DNA of 64,000 nucleotides. Origin: an uncultured Alphaproteobacteria bacterium. Lineage in GTDB: Bacteria; Pseudomonadota; Alphaproteobacteria; Rhizobiales; Ancalomicrobiaceae. The stretch spans positions 2,542 through 66,541 of the forward strand of contig CALMFH010000236.1 in assembly GCA_937864925.1 (NCBI GenBank), read 5' to 3'. The position numbers and the translations under genes were made by a program. The first letter of the stretch is position 1. Every line of letters begins with the position of its first letter. Shown piece by piece: positions 1 through 9,330 of the stretch. The notes under the pieces are model-generated. The model saw only the letters and a list, made by a program, of their open reading frames with translations. It ran no database searches and was not told the DNA's origin.

Positions 1-360
1 TCGATCGTGGCGCCGCCCGACGGCCTGATGGCCGACTACATGGCATCGCTCGACCGGCTGATCGCCCGGCCCGAACGTCTGCTGCTGCCGGCGCACGGCA
101 ACGGCATCGCCGAGCCGACCGAGTTCCTCGAGGCGCTGGTGCGTCATCGCAAGGGGCGCGAGGCGGCGGTGCTCGACCGGCTGGCGGCGGGCGACGAGAC
201 CATTCCCGACATGGTACGGGTGGTCTATGCCGAGGTCGATCGCTCGCTGCACGGGGCGGCGGCGCTGTCGATGTTGGCACATGTCGAGGATCTGGTGGGG
301 CGCGGGATCGTCGTCACCGACGGCCGCGTCGATCTTTCGGCGCGCTATCGGCTGGCGTGA
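1..360 (+). CDS. MBL-fold metallo-hydrolase, C-terminal part (5' end outside window)
   Basis: Frame is open from base 1 to the TGA at 358-360. The tail LLLPAHGNGI...LVRHRKGREAAVLDRL resembles the C-terminal half of beta-lactamase-fold hydrolases. Recognised from memory only. Confidence 0.55.
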   Translation, partial: SIVAPPDGLMADYMASLDRLIARPERLLLPAHGNGIAEPTEFLEALVRHRKGREAAVLDRLAAGDETIPDMVRVVYAEVDRSLHGAAALSMLAHVEDLVGRGIVVTDGRVDLSARYRLA

Positions 361-449
361 AACACCAGGGCGAGGAAAGGCGGTTCGCCCGGTCCCGGCG
401 CGCCACGGGATCCGACCGCCCGGTGGATCGGGAGGCGCGCCGGGGGCGT

Positions 450-603
450 CCCTTCTCCCCCTGCGGGAGAAGGTGCCCGAAGGGCGGATGAGGGGTCCGG
501 GCCTCGCCTCGAGCCTCGGCGGTCGTGGTCGATTTCCTGTTGCCGCTTCGCGGCGCCCCCTCATCCGGCCCTTCGGGCCACCTTCCCCCGCGAGGGGGGA
601 AGG
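450..603. repeat. Inverted pair of GC-rich REP-like elements (450-495 and 557-603)
   Basis: cccttctccccctgcgggagaaggtgcccgaagggcggatgagggg matches the reverse complement of cccctcatccggcccttcgggccaccttcccccgcgaggggggaagg. Each copy contains its own short hairpin. A related copy lies at 15754-15806. Confidence 0.7.
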
Positions 604-739
604 AAGATGGGGGGCTGCCGACGGTCGCGCAGGGTCGAAGCTCCGCGTGCATCCGTCCGACAGCGTGGTTTCGAATCCGATGCCTCGGCTCACGCCGCCC
701 CGATTTCCCTCTTCCCCGCCTTGCCGCTATACTCGCGCC

Positions 740-886
740 ATGTCGAAGGCCCTGCCCCGTCCCGTCGTCTACATCGGCACGCCGCTTCTGGTGGCGGCGA
801 CCGGTGTCGCCGTATGGGCGTGGGTGAAGTTCGGCGCCGGCGTGTGGTTCGACACCATCGTCACCGGCTTCTCCGCCTGTCTCTGA
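740..886 (+). CDS. Hypothetical small hydrophobic protein (48 aa)
   Basis: ATG at 740 inside tracked ORF 227..886. MSKALPRPVVYIGTPLLVAATGVAVWAWVKF... has one or two predicted TM helices. It ends 8 nt before tlyA. No homology recognised. Confidence 0.3.
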   Translation: MSKALPRPVVYIGTPLLVAATGVAVWAWVKFGAGVWFDTIVTGFSACL

Positions 887-893
887 CCCTCCC

Positions 894-1634
894 ATGACGC
901 GTGAACGGCTCGATCAGGTGCTGGTGAAGCGCGGCCTCGTCGCGACGCGAGCCCGTGCCGCCGATGCCGTCCGTCGTGGCGAGGTCGCGGTCGACGGCCG
1001 GGTCGAGACCAAACCGGGGGCGCTCGTCGCCGCGACGGCGGCGATCTCGGTCTGTGATCCCGCCTCCGCCTGGGTGTCGCGCGCGGCGCTGAAACTCGTC
1101 GGCGCACTCGACGGCTTCGCCCTCTCGCCCGCGGGCCGCGACTGCCTCGACGTCGGCGCCTCGACCGGCGGTTTCACCCAGGTGTTGTTGGCGCGCGGGG
1201 CGAAGCGGGTCACCGCGATCGACGTCGGCCACGGCCAGCTGGCACCGGTGGTGGCGAACGACCCGCGGGTGGTGGCGATCGAGGGGCTCAACGCCCGTGA
1301 CCTCTGCGCTGCCCACCTCCCTGCCGCGCCCGACTTCGTCGTCGCCGACGTCTCCTTCATCTCGCTGACGCTCGCTCTGCCGCCGGCGCTCGATCTCGCC
1401 GCACCCGGGGCGATCGGCGTCTTCCTGGTCAAGCCGCAGTTCGAGGTCGGCCGCGAGCACGTGGGCAAGGGCGGTATCGTCCGTGACGAAGCGCAGGCGG
1501 CGGCCGCGGTCGAGCGGATCGCGGCGCTCGTCACCGCCCACGGCTGGACACCGATCGGCCGGACTGCGGCGGCGATCGCCGGGAGCGACGGCAATCGCGA
1601 ACACGTGTTGGCCGCGCGCAAGGCCGGCGGCTGA
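894..1634 (+). CDS. tlyA: TlyA-family rRNA (cytidine-2'-O)-methyltransferase
   Basis: S4-like N-terminus (RLDQVLVKRGLVATRARA), SAM motif LDVGASTGGFTQVLL, and a full-length 246-aa ORF. Confidence 0.9.
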   Translation: MTRERLDQVLVKRGLVATRARAADAVRRGEVAVDGRVETKPGALVAATAAISVCDPASAWVSRAALKLVGALDGFALSPAGRDCLDVGASTGGFTQVLLARGAKRVTAIDVGHGQLAPVVANDPRVVAIEGLNARDLCAAHLPAAPDFVVADVSFISLTLALPPALDLAAPGAIGVFLVKPQFEVGREHVGKGGIVRDEAQAAAAVERIAALVTAHGWTPIGRTAAAIAGSDGNREHVLAARKAGG

Positions 1635-3007
1635 TGTCGGATACGGTTTCCGCTCGCAATCGGCGGCGAGTTGCGGCAGAAGCGGCGGCGAATGCCCCGA
1701 GAGGATCCACCTTGAACACCCCTGCCACCGAAACGGTCACCATCACCGACATCGCCCACAAGGGCGACGGCGTCGCCGTGTTCGAGACCGAGGCCGGCGA
1801 GAAGCGCCTGTTCGTCGGCGGAGCGTTGCCGGGCGAGACGGTGCGCGTCTCGATCTCCGGCGAGGGGGTCAACGAACGCGGTCGGATCGAGGAGATCCTG
1901 CACGCCAGCCCCGACCGGGTGGAGCCGGCCTGCCCGGTCTACGACCGTTGCGGCGGCTGTTCGCTGCAGCACTGGAGCGAGCACGCCTATCTCGCCTGGA
2001 AGCGCCACCAGATCCTCGGGGCCTTCCTCGATCGCGGCATCGAGGCCGAGGTCGGCGAATGTGTGGCGACCGGACCGGCGCGCCGACGCCGCGCCGTGAT
2101 CGCGGTGCAGCGACGGACCGGCTCGCCGGTCGCGGGCTTTCGCGAGCGGCTCTCCCACACGGTGGTCGAGGCCGACGGCTGCCTGGTGATCACGCCGCGG
2201 CTGCGCACCGCCCTGCCGAAACTGATCAGGCTCTCGCATCTTCTGAGCTTCGGGGCGAAGGGGGCGATCTTCACGGTACTCGACACCGAGACCGGGCTCG
2301 ATGTCTCGGTCGGCGAGGCGGAACTGCCGCCGGAGCGCCGGCAGCAGGCGATCGCCCTCGCCCTCGATCTCGGCATCGCCCGCTTCTCGATCGGTCGTGA
2401 GATCGTGGTGGAGGCACATCCGCCGGTGATCCGTTTCGGCGGGATCGCGGTGATGCCGCCGCCGGGCGCCTTCATCCAGGCGGTGGCGGCGGCGGAGGAG
2501 GCGATGGCGGCGCCGGTCGAGACGGCGGTCGCCGCGGCGCTGGCCCGCTGGCCGAAGAAGGCCAAGGGGCCGGCGAGGGTCGCCGATCTCTTCGCCGGCT
2601 GCGGCACCTTCGCGCTGCGCCTCGCGCGGCAGGCCCAGGTGCACGCGGTGGAGAACGACAAGGCGGCGCTGGAGGCGTTGTCCTTCGCCGCCCGCCACAC
2701 CCAGGGCATCAAACCGGTGACGATCGAAGTGCGCGACCTCTACCGCCGACCGCTGATGGCCGGGGAACTCGCCGGTTTCGACGCGGTGGTCTTCGATCCG
2801 CCACGCGACGGAGCGGCACCGCAGGTCAAGGAGCTGGCCAAGTCCGCCGTGCCGGTGATCGTCGCGGTGTCGTGCAATCCGGCGACGCTCGCCCGCGACG
2901 CCCGATATCTGGTCGACGCCGGATGGGCCATGGGCCCGGTGACGCCGATCGACCAGTTCCTGTGGTCGCACCACGTCGAGGCGGTGACGGTGTTCACCAA
3001 GGACTGA
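1634..3007 (+). CDS. Class I SAM-dependent RNA (uracil-5) methyltransferase, RumA/TrmA-like
   Basis: TRAM-like N-terminus, Cys cluster CPVYDRCGGCSLQHW, SAM-binding DLFAGCGTFAL, and catalytic VSCNPATLARD. The start overlaps the tlyA stop by 1 nt. Confidence 0.85.
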   Translation: MSDTVSARNRRRVAAEAAANAPRGSTLNTPATETVTITDIAHKGDGVAVFETEAGEKRLFVGGALPGETVRVSISGEGVNERGRIEEILHASPDRVEPACPVYDRCGGCSLQHWSEHAYLAWKRHQILGAFLDRGIEAEVGECVATGPARRRRAVIAVQRRTGSPVAGFRERLSHTVVEADGCLVITPRLRTALPKLIRLSHLLSFGAKGAIFTVLDTETGLDVSVGEAELPPERRQQAIALALDLGIARFSIGREIVVEAHPPVIRFGGIAVMPPPGAFIQAVAAAEEAMAAPVETAVAAALARWPKKAKGPARVADLFAGCGTFALRLARQAQVHAVENDKAALEALSFAARHTQGIKPVTIEVRDLYRRPLMAGELAGFDAVVFDPPRDGAAPQVKELAKSAVPVIVAVSCNPATLARDARYLVDAGWAMGPVTPIDQFLWSHHVEAVTVFTKD

Positions 3008-3008
3008 T

Positions 3009-3131
3009 ACCAGTCTCATGCAATTCCGACTCGTCGGCATTTCATGAGGTCACGGCCCGACCGGCCGACGCCCGTTCGGGCTCGCCTTCGTTCACGAAGT
3101 TTCGAAGGGGTCGAAACTTCGTAAGCTCGGT
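3009..3131 (+). repeat. 124-bp triple-hairpin MITE-like repeat, copy A
   Basis: Aligns over its full length with 51083-51206 (same orientation) and with the reverse complement of 52392-52515. Shared core: cccgaccggccgacgcccgttcgggctcgccttcgttcacgaagtttcga. Lies between convergent genes. Confidence 0.85.
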
Positions 3132-3157
3132 ACGACGGCGGCGAACGTCGGTCGGGA

Positions 3158-3619
3158 TCAGAGCTCCTTCGCTGCGCGCCGCACCTCGCGGTCGAGCGCC
3201 TGGAGGAACGCCTGGCGATCCTTCGGCGCGAAAGGGCGCGGGCCGCCGGTGACCTGACCGGCCGAACGCAGGTCCTCCATCAGGTCGCGCGTGGCGAGCG
3301 CCATGCCGATCGAGGCAGCATCGAAGCTGCGACCATTCGGCGCGATCACCCGGGCCCCGGCCTTCACACAGCGGTCGGCGAGCGGCACGTCGGCGGTCAC
3401 CACCACCGTTCCCCTTCCCGCCCGTTCGGCGATCCAATCGTCGGCGACGTTCGGCCCCTGGGGGACGATGACGCGTTCGACGAGCTCATCTTCCGGTAGA
3501 CGCATCCAGGAATTCGACACGAAGCAAGTCTTCAGACGCAATCTACTGGCGACTCGCAAGATTTCGTCTTTGACGGGGCAGGCGTCGGCGTCGACGTACA
3601 GGATCACGGAAGCGGTCAA
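3158..3619 (-). CDS. yaiI: YaiI/YqxD family protein (DUF188)
   Basis: ILYVDADACPVKDEI N-terminus and an overall 153-aa layout typical of UPF0178. Confidence 0.8.
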   Translation of the reverse strand: MTASVILYVDADACPVKDEILRVASRLRLKTCFVSNSWMRLPEDELVERVIVPQGPNVADDWIAERAGRGTVVVTADVPLADRCVKAGARVIAPNGRSFDAASIGMALATRDLMEDLRSAGQVTGGPRPFAPKDRQAFLQALDREVRRAAKEL

Positions 3620-3799
3620 GATGTTACCCTACGTAATTCATGTCTCGATCTGTTATTCCACGGAAATCACCGCATGTCATTTTTCACGAGAGGAAGCGAT
3701 CGACGTCGGTTCTTCGTTCGACTTCTTCGTGGGGTTTAACACCTCGTCAACCGTGTCGAGGTGAAATTGACAGAAGGGATCGGTTCGCGGGGATATTTC

Positions 3800-5755
3800 A
3801 TGCGGCTCCGTACACGTTTCGCGCTCGGCATCGGTGCCGGGATCACGGTCGCGGTCGCCCTCTGCGTCGGGACCGGCCTGTGGTTCATCGGCGGGCTGAT
3901 CCAGGACGACGTCCAACGCCAGCTCACCTCCGGATCGCGGCAGTTCACCGCCGAGATCTCCACCCAGGCCCAACGGGCGCAGTCGATGACACGGCTGGTG
4001 GCCAACGTCCCGAGTTTCGTCGATGCCTTCGCCCGCCAGGATCGCGAGGCGCTCGCCACCGCCCTGCTGCCGGCCTTCCCGGCGCTCAAGGCCGACGGGT
4101 TCGAACAGTTCCAGTTCCATCTGCCGCCGGCCACCTCGTTCCTCCGGGTGCATGCGCCGAAGAAGTTCGGCGACGACCTCTCCGGATTCCGCAAGACCGT
4201 GGTCGACGCCAACCGCGACCGCAAGGAGGTTCGCGGGCTCGAGGGCGGCGTCGCCGGCATGGGCATCCGCGCGGTCGGCCCGGTGACGAGCGGCGACAGG
4301 CATCTCGGCACGGTGGAGTTCGGCTTCGGCTTCGACAAGGAGTTCGTCAAGGCCTTCACCGAGCGGACCGGGCTCAGACTGGCCCTGTTCGTCGAGGGCA
4401 AAGACGGCGACGGCAAGGCGAAGCACACTCAACTCGCCTCGAGCTTCCCGGCCGATCACGCCTTCCCGGCGGCGATCCTCGACGGTGTCGACGATCATTT
4501 CGAGACCACCACCTTCGAAGACCGCGCCTGGACGATCGCCGGCAAGCCGCTGGTCGATTTCTCGGGCAAGCGCATCGGCACCTTCGTCATGGCGGCCGAC
4601 CGCACCGACCTCGACGCTGCCCGTACCCGGGCGATGGCGATCTTCGGGGCGCTGGCCCTGGCGATGACGGTCGGCGGCATCGCCATGGCGGCGTGGCTGC
4701 AGCACGACGTCGGTCGGCCGCTCGCCGCCCTCACCGCCGCGATGAAGACGATCGGCGAAGGCGGCCACGCCGTCGATCTGCCGGAACCGGGACCGATCGA
4801 CGAGATCGCCGCCATGGTGCACGCGGCCGGTTCGCTCGAAGAAGCGGTGGCGGCTCGCCGCGCCGGTGAGGCGCAGGCGCTCGAGGATGCGGAGCGGCGA
4901 CATCAGCGTGGGCTACGGCGCGAGGATCGCACCCGGAATTTCGGACGGTCGATCGAGAAGCTGCTCGGCGACATGTCGGCGGCGGCCGACCGTATGGAGA
5001 CGACGGCACGCGCGATGAACGAAGTCGCCGAACGGACGGCGTCTCGCTCCGGCGACGCGGCACGCCAAGCGGAGACGACGTCGCGCACCGTCCAGGCGGT
5101 GGCCGCGGCGAGCGAGGAACTGGCGAGTTCGGTGCACGAAGTGCTGCGCCGGGTCGATCGCGCCGCCGAGATCGCCGAACGCGCACTGTCCGAAGCCGAC
5201 GGGACCGACCATGTGGTGCGCAGTCTGGCGGCGAGTGGCGACCGCATCGGCGAGGTGGTCGATCTGATCAACACCATCGCCTCTCAGACCAATCTGCTCG
5301 CTCTCAACGCCACCATCGAAGCGGCGCGGGCCGGCGAGGCGGGGCGCGGTTTCGCCATCGTCGCCACCGAGGTCAAGGCACTGGCCGGCGAGACGACGCG
5401 GGCGACCGAAGCGATCAGCTCGCAGGTCGCCCATATCCAGGGCGAGACGCAGAAGGTGGTCGGCGCGATCGGCTCGATCGGTGCCACCATCCGCGAACTG
5501 ACCGAGATCGCCCGCGACATGGCCGGGGCGATGGGTGATCAGGATCTCGCCACCAAGGAGATCGCACAGAACATCCAGCAGGCCGCCGACGGCACCCGGG
5601 TGGTCTCCACCGGGATCGGCGCGGTCGGCGAGGACGCCGGCCACACCGGTCGGGCGGCGGCGAGCGTACTGACCACCGCTCACGAACTCGCTCAGTTCCG
5701 CACCGCGCTCCATCGCGAGATCGGCGTCTACATCGACGATCTCAAGCAGGTGTGA
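3800..5755 (+). CDS. Methyl-accepting chemotaxis protein with periplasmic Cache-like sensor
   Basis: N-terminal [30 protein letters not shown] Cache-type block, a second TM plus HAMP, and the conserved MCP signalling region [41 protein letters not shown]. The tracked ORF starts at GTG 3761. I prefer ATG 3800. Confidence 0.9.
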   Translation: MRLRTRFALGIGAGITVAVALCVGTGLWFIGGLIQDDVQRQLTSGSRQFTAEISTQAQRAQSMTRLVANVPSFVDAFARQDREALATALLPAFPALKADGFEQFQFHLPPATSFLRVHAPKKFGDDLSGFRKTVVDANRDRKEVRGLEGGVAGMGIRAVGPVTSGDRHLGTVEFGFGFDKEFVKAFTERTGLRLALFVEGKDGDGKAKHTQLASSFPADHAFPAAILDGVDDHFETTTFEDRAWTIAGKPLVDFSGKRIGTFVMAADRTDLDAARTRAMAIFGALALAMTVGGIAMAAWLQHDVGRPLAALTAAMKTIGEGGHAVDLPEPGPIDEIAAMVHAAGSLEEAVAARRAGEAQALEDAERRHQRGLRREDRTRNFGRSIEKLLGDMSAAADRMETTARAMNEVAERTASRSGDAARQAETTSRTVQAVAAASEELASSVHEVLRRVDRAAEIAERALSEADGTDHVVRSLAASGDRIGEVVDLINTIASQTNLLALNATIEAARAGEAGRGFAIVATEVKALAGETTRATEAISSQVAHIQGETQKVVGAIGSIGATIRELTEIARDMAGAMGDQDLATKEIAQNIQQAADGTRVVSTGIGAVGEDAGHTGRAAASVLTTAHELAQFRTALHREIGVYIDDLKQV

Positions 5756-5781
5756 GCGTTCGACCACGGCGGGCGATCGAA

Positions 5782-5810
5782 GGGCGGCATCGACGATGCC
5801 GCCCTCTTTC
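5782..5810 (+). terminator. Rho-independent terminator after the MCP gene
   Basis: gggcggcatc-gac-gatgccgccc is a perfect 10-bp stem, followed by tctttc. Confidence 0.65.
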
Positions 5811-5817
5811 GGTCCGC

Positions 5818-6036
5818 TCACCCGACGAGATCGGTCCATTCGACCTCGTGGTCGGTGTGTTTCGGCGCCCCGCCGGACTTCTTCACCGCCTCGATCACGT
5901 CGTCGATCGTCAGGTTCGCGGGAACGCCTCGGATCTCGTAGACAACGGCGCCGCCGTTGGTGAGGCCGGCTTCCGCGTTCTTCAACGCCCTGGTCACCGC
6001 GCCCTCGTAGGCGACCTTGACCATGTGAACCGCCAT
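5818..6036 (-). CDS. Hypothetical small protein (72 aa)
   Basis: ATG at 6036 inside tracked ORF 5818..6759. MAVHMVKVAYEGAVTRALKNAEAGLTNGGAVVYEIRGVP... Codon usage looks native. No family recognised. Confidence 0.45.
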   Translation of the reverse strand: MAVHMVKVAYEGAVTRALKNAEAGLTNGGAVVYEIRGVPANLTIDDVIEAVKKSGGAPKHTDHEVEWTDLVG

Positions 6037-6222
6037 GTCTTCAGCCCTTCTGTCACGTTTCGTCGAAGATCGACCATGCGTGGTCGCGAGCCCGACACGG
6101 GTGTCGCCGGGTATCGGTCTCGGGACCGACCTCGCATACCGCGTGCCAACGTCACGCCCGAACATGGCGGGTATCCACGGGACGGGATGACGGTGGCGAT
6201 CGACGCCGCTAGGATCGGGGTC

Positions 6223-6855
6223 ATGCAACTCGCCACGCTCTTCGCCTCGGCCGCGGCCGGATGTCTCTATGTCGTCTCGCCGGGGCCGGCGGTGCTGGCG
6301 CTGGTCGGCATCGGCGCGGCCAAGGGCCGGAAGCCGGCGATCCTCTTCCTCTTCGGCCATCTCTTCGGCGACGTGCTGTGGTGTTCGCTCGCCATCCTGG
6401 CGCTGGTCGGGGCGCACGTCTTCGATCCGCTGCTGTTCGACGTGGTGGCGCTGGCCTGCGGACTCTACCTCGGTCATCTCGGCTGGCGGGCGGTGAACGC
6501 CGCTTCGGCGCACGGTGCCGACGATCTCATCGGTCATCGTCCCTACCGCCGCGGTGTGATGTTCGGCCTCACCAATCCGAAGAGCTATCCGGTGGCGCTC
6601 GCCATGTTCACCGCCCTCTTCACCGGCCAGTCGCAGAACCTCTCCTTCGACGTCATGCCGGCGTTGCTCGCCTCGGCCTTCGTCGGCTTCCTCGCCGGTG
6701 ACGCCATCCTCGCCTGGGTGGTCGGGACTTCGGTCATGCGCCGACTCTACCTCACCCATGCGGTGTGGATCGTGCGCATCACCGGTGGACTCTTCCTGGG
6801 CTTCGCCGCCGCCACCCTGTGGGATGCCCTGCCGCGGCTGTGGGCGCGGACGTGA
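6223..6855 (+). CDS. LysE family amino-acid exporter
   Basis: 210 aa and multi-TM. SPGPAVLALVG and GLTNPKSYPVALAMF motifs are typical of LysE/RhtB translocators. Alternative start at 6187. Confidence 0.8.
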   Translation: MQLATLFASAAAGCLYVVSPGPAVLALVGIGAAKGRKPAILFLFGHLFGDVLWCSLAILALVGAHVFDPLLFDVVALACGLYLGHLGWRAVNAASAHGADDLIGHRPYRRGVMFGLTNPKSYPVALAMFTALFTGQSQNLSFDVMPALLASAFVGFLAGDAILAWVVGTSVMRRLYLTHAVWIVRITGGLFLGFAAATLWDALPRLWART

Positions 6856-6866
6856 GGCGCGACGAC

Positions 6867-7427
6867 ATGGGCGCGGCGGACGACCTCTCCGATGCGGCCA
6901 TCGTCACCGATCGCCTGATCCTGCGGACCCATCGTCCCACCGACCTCGACGCCTACGCGCCGTTGTGGACGGCCACGCCGACGGGGATTTCGTTCACGCC
7001 GGTGCTCGATCGCGAGGGGGCCTGGGCGCGGCTGTTGCGGCTCGTCGGCCACCGGGTGGTCTTCGGTTTCGCCCCCTTCGTCGTCGTCGAGAAGGCGACC
7101 GGGTACATCGTCGGCGAGGTCGGCTTCGCGCGGTTCCGGCGCGGGATCGGGCCGGAGTTCGACGACGTGCCGGAGGCGATGTGGATCGTCGCCCGCGAAA
7201 TGCGGGGCAAGGGCTACGGCGGCGAGGCGATGGCCGCGGCGGTCGGTCGGTTCGACACGCGCTTCCCCGGCGGGCGCAGCGTCTGCATGATCGACCCGGC
7301 CAACACCGTGTCGCTGCGCCTCGCCGAGCGCCTCGGCTTCGGCGCCTTCGGCCGGACGACGCGGCACGGAGTCGACCTGATGCTGTTCGAAAGGCCGTCG
7401 AGTTCGGAGCCCCGAAGGGGACGGTGA
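6867..7427 (+). CDS. GNAT family N-acetyltransferase
   Basis: TDRLILRTHRPTDLDAY N-terminus and an acetyl-CoA pocket-like RGKGYGGEAMAAAV, as in RimJ/RimL-like proteins. Confidence 0.75.
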   Translation: MGAADDLSDAAIVTDRLILRTHRPTDLDAYAPLWTATPTGISFTPVLDREGAWARLLRLVGHRVVFGFAPFVVVEKATGYIVGEVGFARFRRGIGPEFDDVPEAMWIVAREMRGKGYGGEAMAAAVGRFDTRFPGGRSVCMIDPANTVSLRLAERLGFGAFGRTTRHGVDLMLFERPSSSEPRRGR

Positions 7428-7447
7428 GCCCGCGGGGCGAGCGAAAC

Positions 7448-7492
7448 GAAGACCCCGCGCCGGGGAGAACGGCGCGGGGTCTTCTTCTCCTC
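7448..7492. terminator. Strong hairpin between convergent GNAT and ald genes
   Basis: gaagaccccgcgcc-ggggagaac-ggcgcggggtcttc is a 14-bp perfect stem, followed by ttctcctc on the + strand and gtttcg on the - strand. Confidence 0.7.
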
Positions 7493-7506
7493 GAAAGACC
7501 GATCGC

Positions 7507-8625
7507 TCAGGCGGCGAGCGCCTTTGCGGTCGGCAGGAGGTCGTAACCGAGGGCCTCGGCCACGGCGGCGCAGGTGACCCGGCCGGCGTGGACGTTGAGG
7601 CCGTTCGCCAGATGCGGATCCTCGGTGATCGCCCGCCTCCACCCCTTGTCGGCGAGCGCCAGCGTGAAGGGCAGGGTCGCGGCGTTGAGGGCGAAGGTCG
7701 AGGTGCGGGCGACGCCACCGGGCATGTTGGCGACGCAGTAGTGGACGACGCCATCGACGACATAGGTCGGCTTGGAGTGCGTCGTCGGGCGCGACGTCTC
7801 GGTGCAACCGCCCTGGTCGATCGCAACGTCGACGATGACCGAACCGCGCTTCATGGTCTTGAGCATCGGTCTGGTGATGAGCTTCGGTGCGGCGGCGCCG
7901 GGGATCAGCACGGTGCCGATGACGAGGTCGGCGTCGGCGACGAGGTCGGCGATCGCCTCGCGGGTCGAATAGGCGGTCTTCAGACGCGCGCCGAAGCGGG
8001 CGTCGAGGCGGCGCAGGACATCGAGAGAGCGGTCGACCACGGTGACATCGGCGCCCATGCCGAGCGCGATGGTGGTGGCGTGGCTGCCGGAGACGCCGCC
8101 GCCGAGGACCACGACCCGGGCCGGGGCGACGCCGGGGACGCCACCCATCAGGATTCCGCGGCCCTTGCAGGCGTTCTCCAGCGCATGGGCGCCGACCTGC
8201 GCCGCCATGCGGCCGGCGACCTCGGACATCGGGGTCAGGAGCGGCAGGCCGCCGGTCGGCGAGGTCACGGTCTCGTAGGCGATGCAGGTGGCGCCGGAAT
8301 CGACCAGGTCACGGGTCTGCTCCGGATCGGGGGCGAGGTGGAGATAGGTGAAGAGGGTCTGGCCGGCACGGAGCTTCTTGCGCTCGACCGCCAGCGGCTC
8401 CTTGACCTTGACGATCATCTCGGACGAGGCCCAGATCGCATCGGTCTCGTCGGTGATGCGGGCACCGGCCTTGAGATAGTCCTTGTCGGCGATGCCGGCG
8501 CCGCGGCCGGCGCCCTTCTCGACCAGAACCTGATGGCCGTGAGCGACGAGTTCGCGCACCGAAGCCGGAATCAGGCCGACGCGATCCTCGTGATCCTTGA
8601 TCTCCTTGGGCACACCGATGCGCAT
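7507..8625 (-). CDS. ald: Alanine dehydrogenase
   Basis: MRIGVPKEIKDHEDRVGL start, VKVKEP, NAD-binding VVVLGGGVSGSHA, and IDQGGC. A GGAGGAGG RBS lies upstream of ATG 8625. Confidence 0.95.
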   Translation of the reverse strand: MRIGVPKEIKDHEDRVGLIPASVRELVAHGHQVLVEKGAGRGAGIADKDYLKAGARITDETDAIWASSEMIVKVKEPLAVERKKLRAGQTLFTYLHLAPDPEQTRDLVDSGATCIAYETVTSPTGGLPLLTPMSEVAGRMAAQVGAHALENACKGRGILMGGVPGVAPARVVVLGGGVSGSHATTIALGMGADVTVVDRSLDVLRRLDARFGARLKTAYSTREAIADLVADADLVIGTVLIPGAAAPKLITRPMLKTMKRGSVIVDVAIDQGGCTETSRPTTHSKPTYVVDGVVHYCVANMPGGVARTSTFALNAATLPFTLALADKGWRRAITEDPHLANGLNVHAGRVTCAAVAEALGYDLLPTAKALAA

Positions 8626-8786
8626 GGAACGTCCTCCTCCTGGCCGATCGGCGCGAGCCCCACGCCGTCGAACTATGTTCGAATGATGCGGGGCTTCTCG
8701 CGCAATTTCTCGCGAAAGAGGGGTTTTCAAACGTTTCGATCTGGTGATAAATTCGAACTTGTGATCTTTTTGCAGAATTTTCCGTC

Positions 8787-9260
8787 ATGACGTATCCGTC
8801 AACCTCTCTCGACGATCGCGATCGCCAGATCCTCTCCGAGCTGCAGACCGACGGGCGGCTGACCAATGCCGAGTTGGCCGACCGGGTGCATCTGTCGGCC
8901 TCCGCCTGTCTCAGGCGGGTGAACCTGCTGATGGAGAGTGGGCTGGTCGCCGGCACCCATCTGGTACTCGATCAGCAGGAGGCGGGGTTCGAGGGCACGG
9001 CCTACGTGTCGATCACCCTCGACAGCCAGGATCGCGCCCGCCTCGACGCCTTCGAGGCCAAGGTGCGGCACGTCGCCCAGATCCAGGAGTGCTATCTGCT
9101 CGCCGGCCAGTCGGACTACCTGATGCGGGTGATCTTCCGTGACATGGCCGACCTCGAACGTCTGCATTCCGAGGTGCTGACGCGGCTGCCGGGCGTCGTG
9201 CGGGTGCAGTCGCAGCTGACGCTGAGGACGGTGAAGCGGACGACGCGGGTGCCGGTGTGA
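8787..9260 (+). CDS. Lrp/AsnC family transcriptional regulator
   Basis: LDDRDRQILSELQTDGRLTNAELADRVHLSASACLRRV HTH plus a RAM domain. Divergent from ald, which is the classical arrangement. Confidence 0.9.
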   Translation: MTYPSTSLDDRDRQILSELQTDGRLTNAELADRVHLSASACLRRVNLLMESGLVAGTHLVLDQQEAGFEGTAYVSITLDSQDRARLDAFEAKVRHVAQIQECYLLAGQSDYLMRVIFRDMADLERLHSEVLTRLPGVVRVQSQLTLRTVKRTTRVPV

Positions 9261-9330
9261 GTGCGCGAGACTTCGGGACGAGCGCATGCGGCGTCCGTCG
9301 CCCGAGCGGCGGGCGACGGTACCGTCCCGA

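Noticed and set aside
914-3040. 708-aa ORF on the - strand spanning tlyA and the RNA methyltransferase gene
   Set aside because: It is an antisense shadow ORF typical of high-GC DNA. The translation is Arg/Ala/Pro/Gly low-complexity with no motifs, and the + strand carries two well-supported genes.
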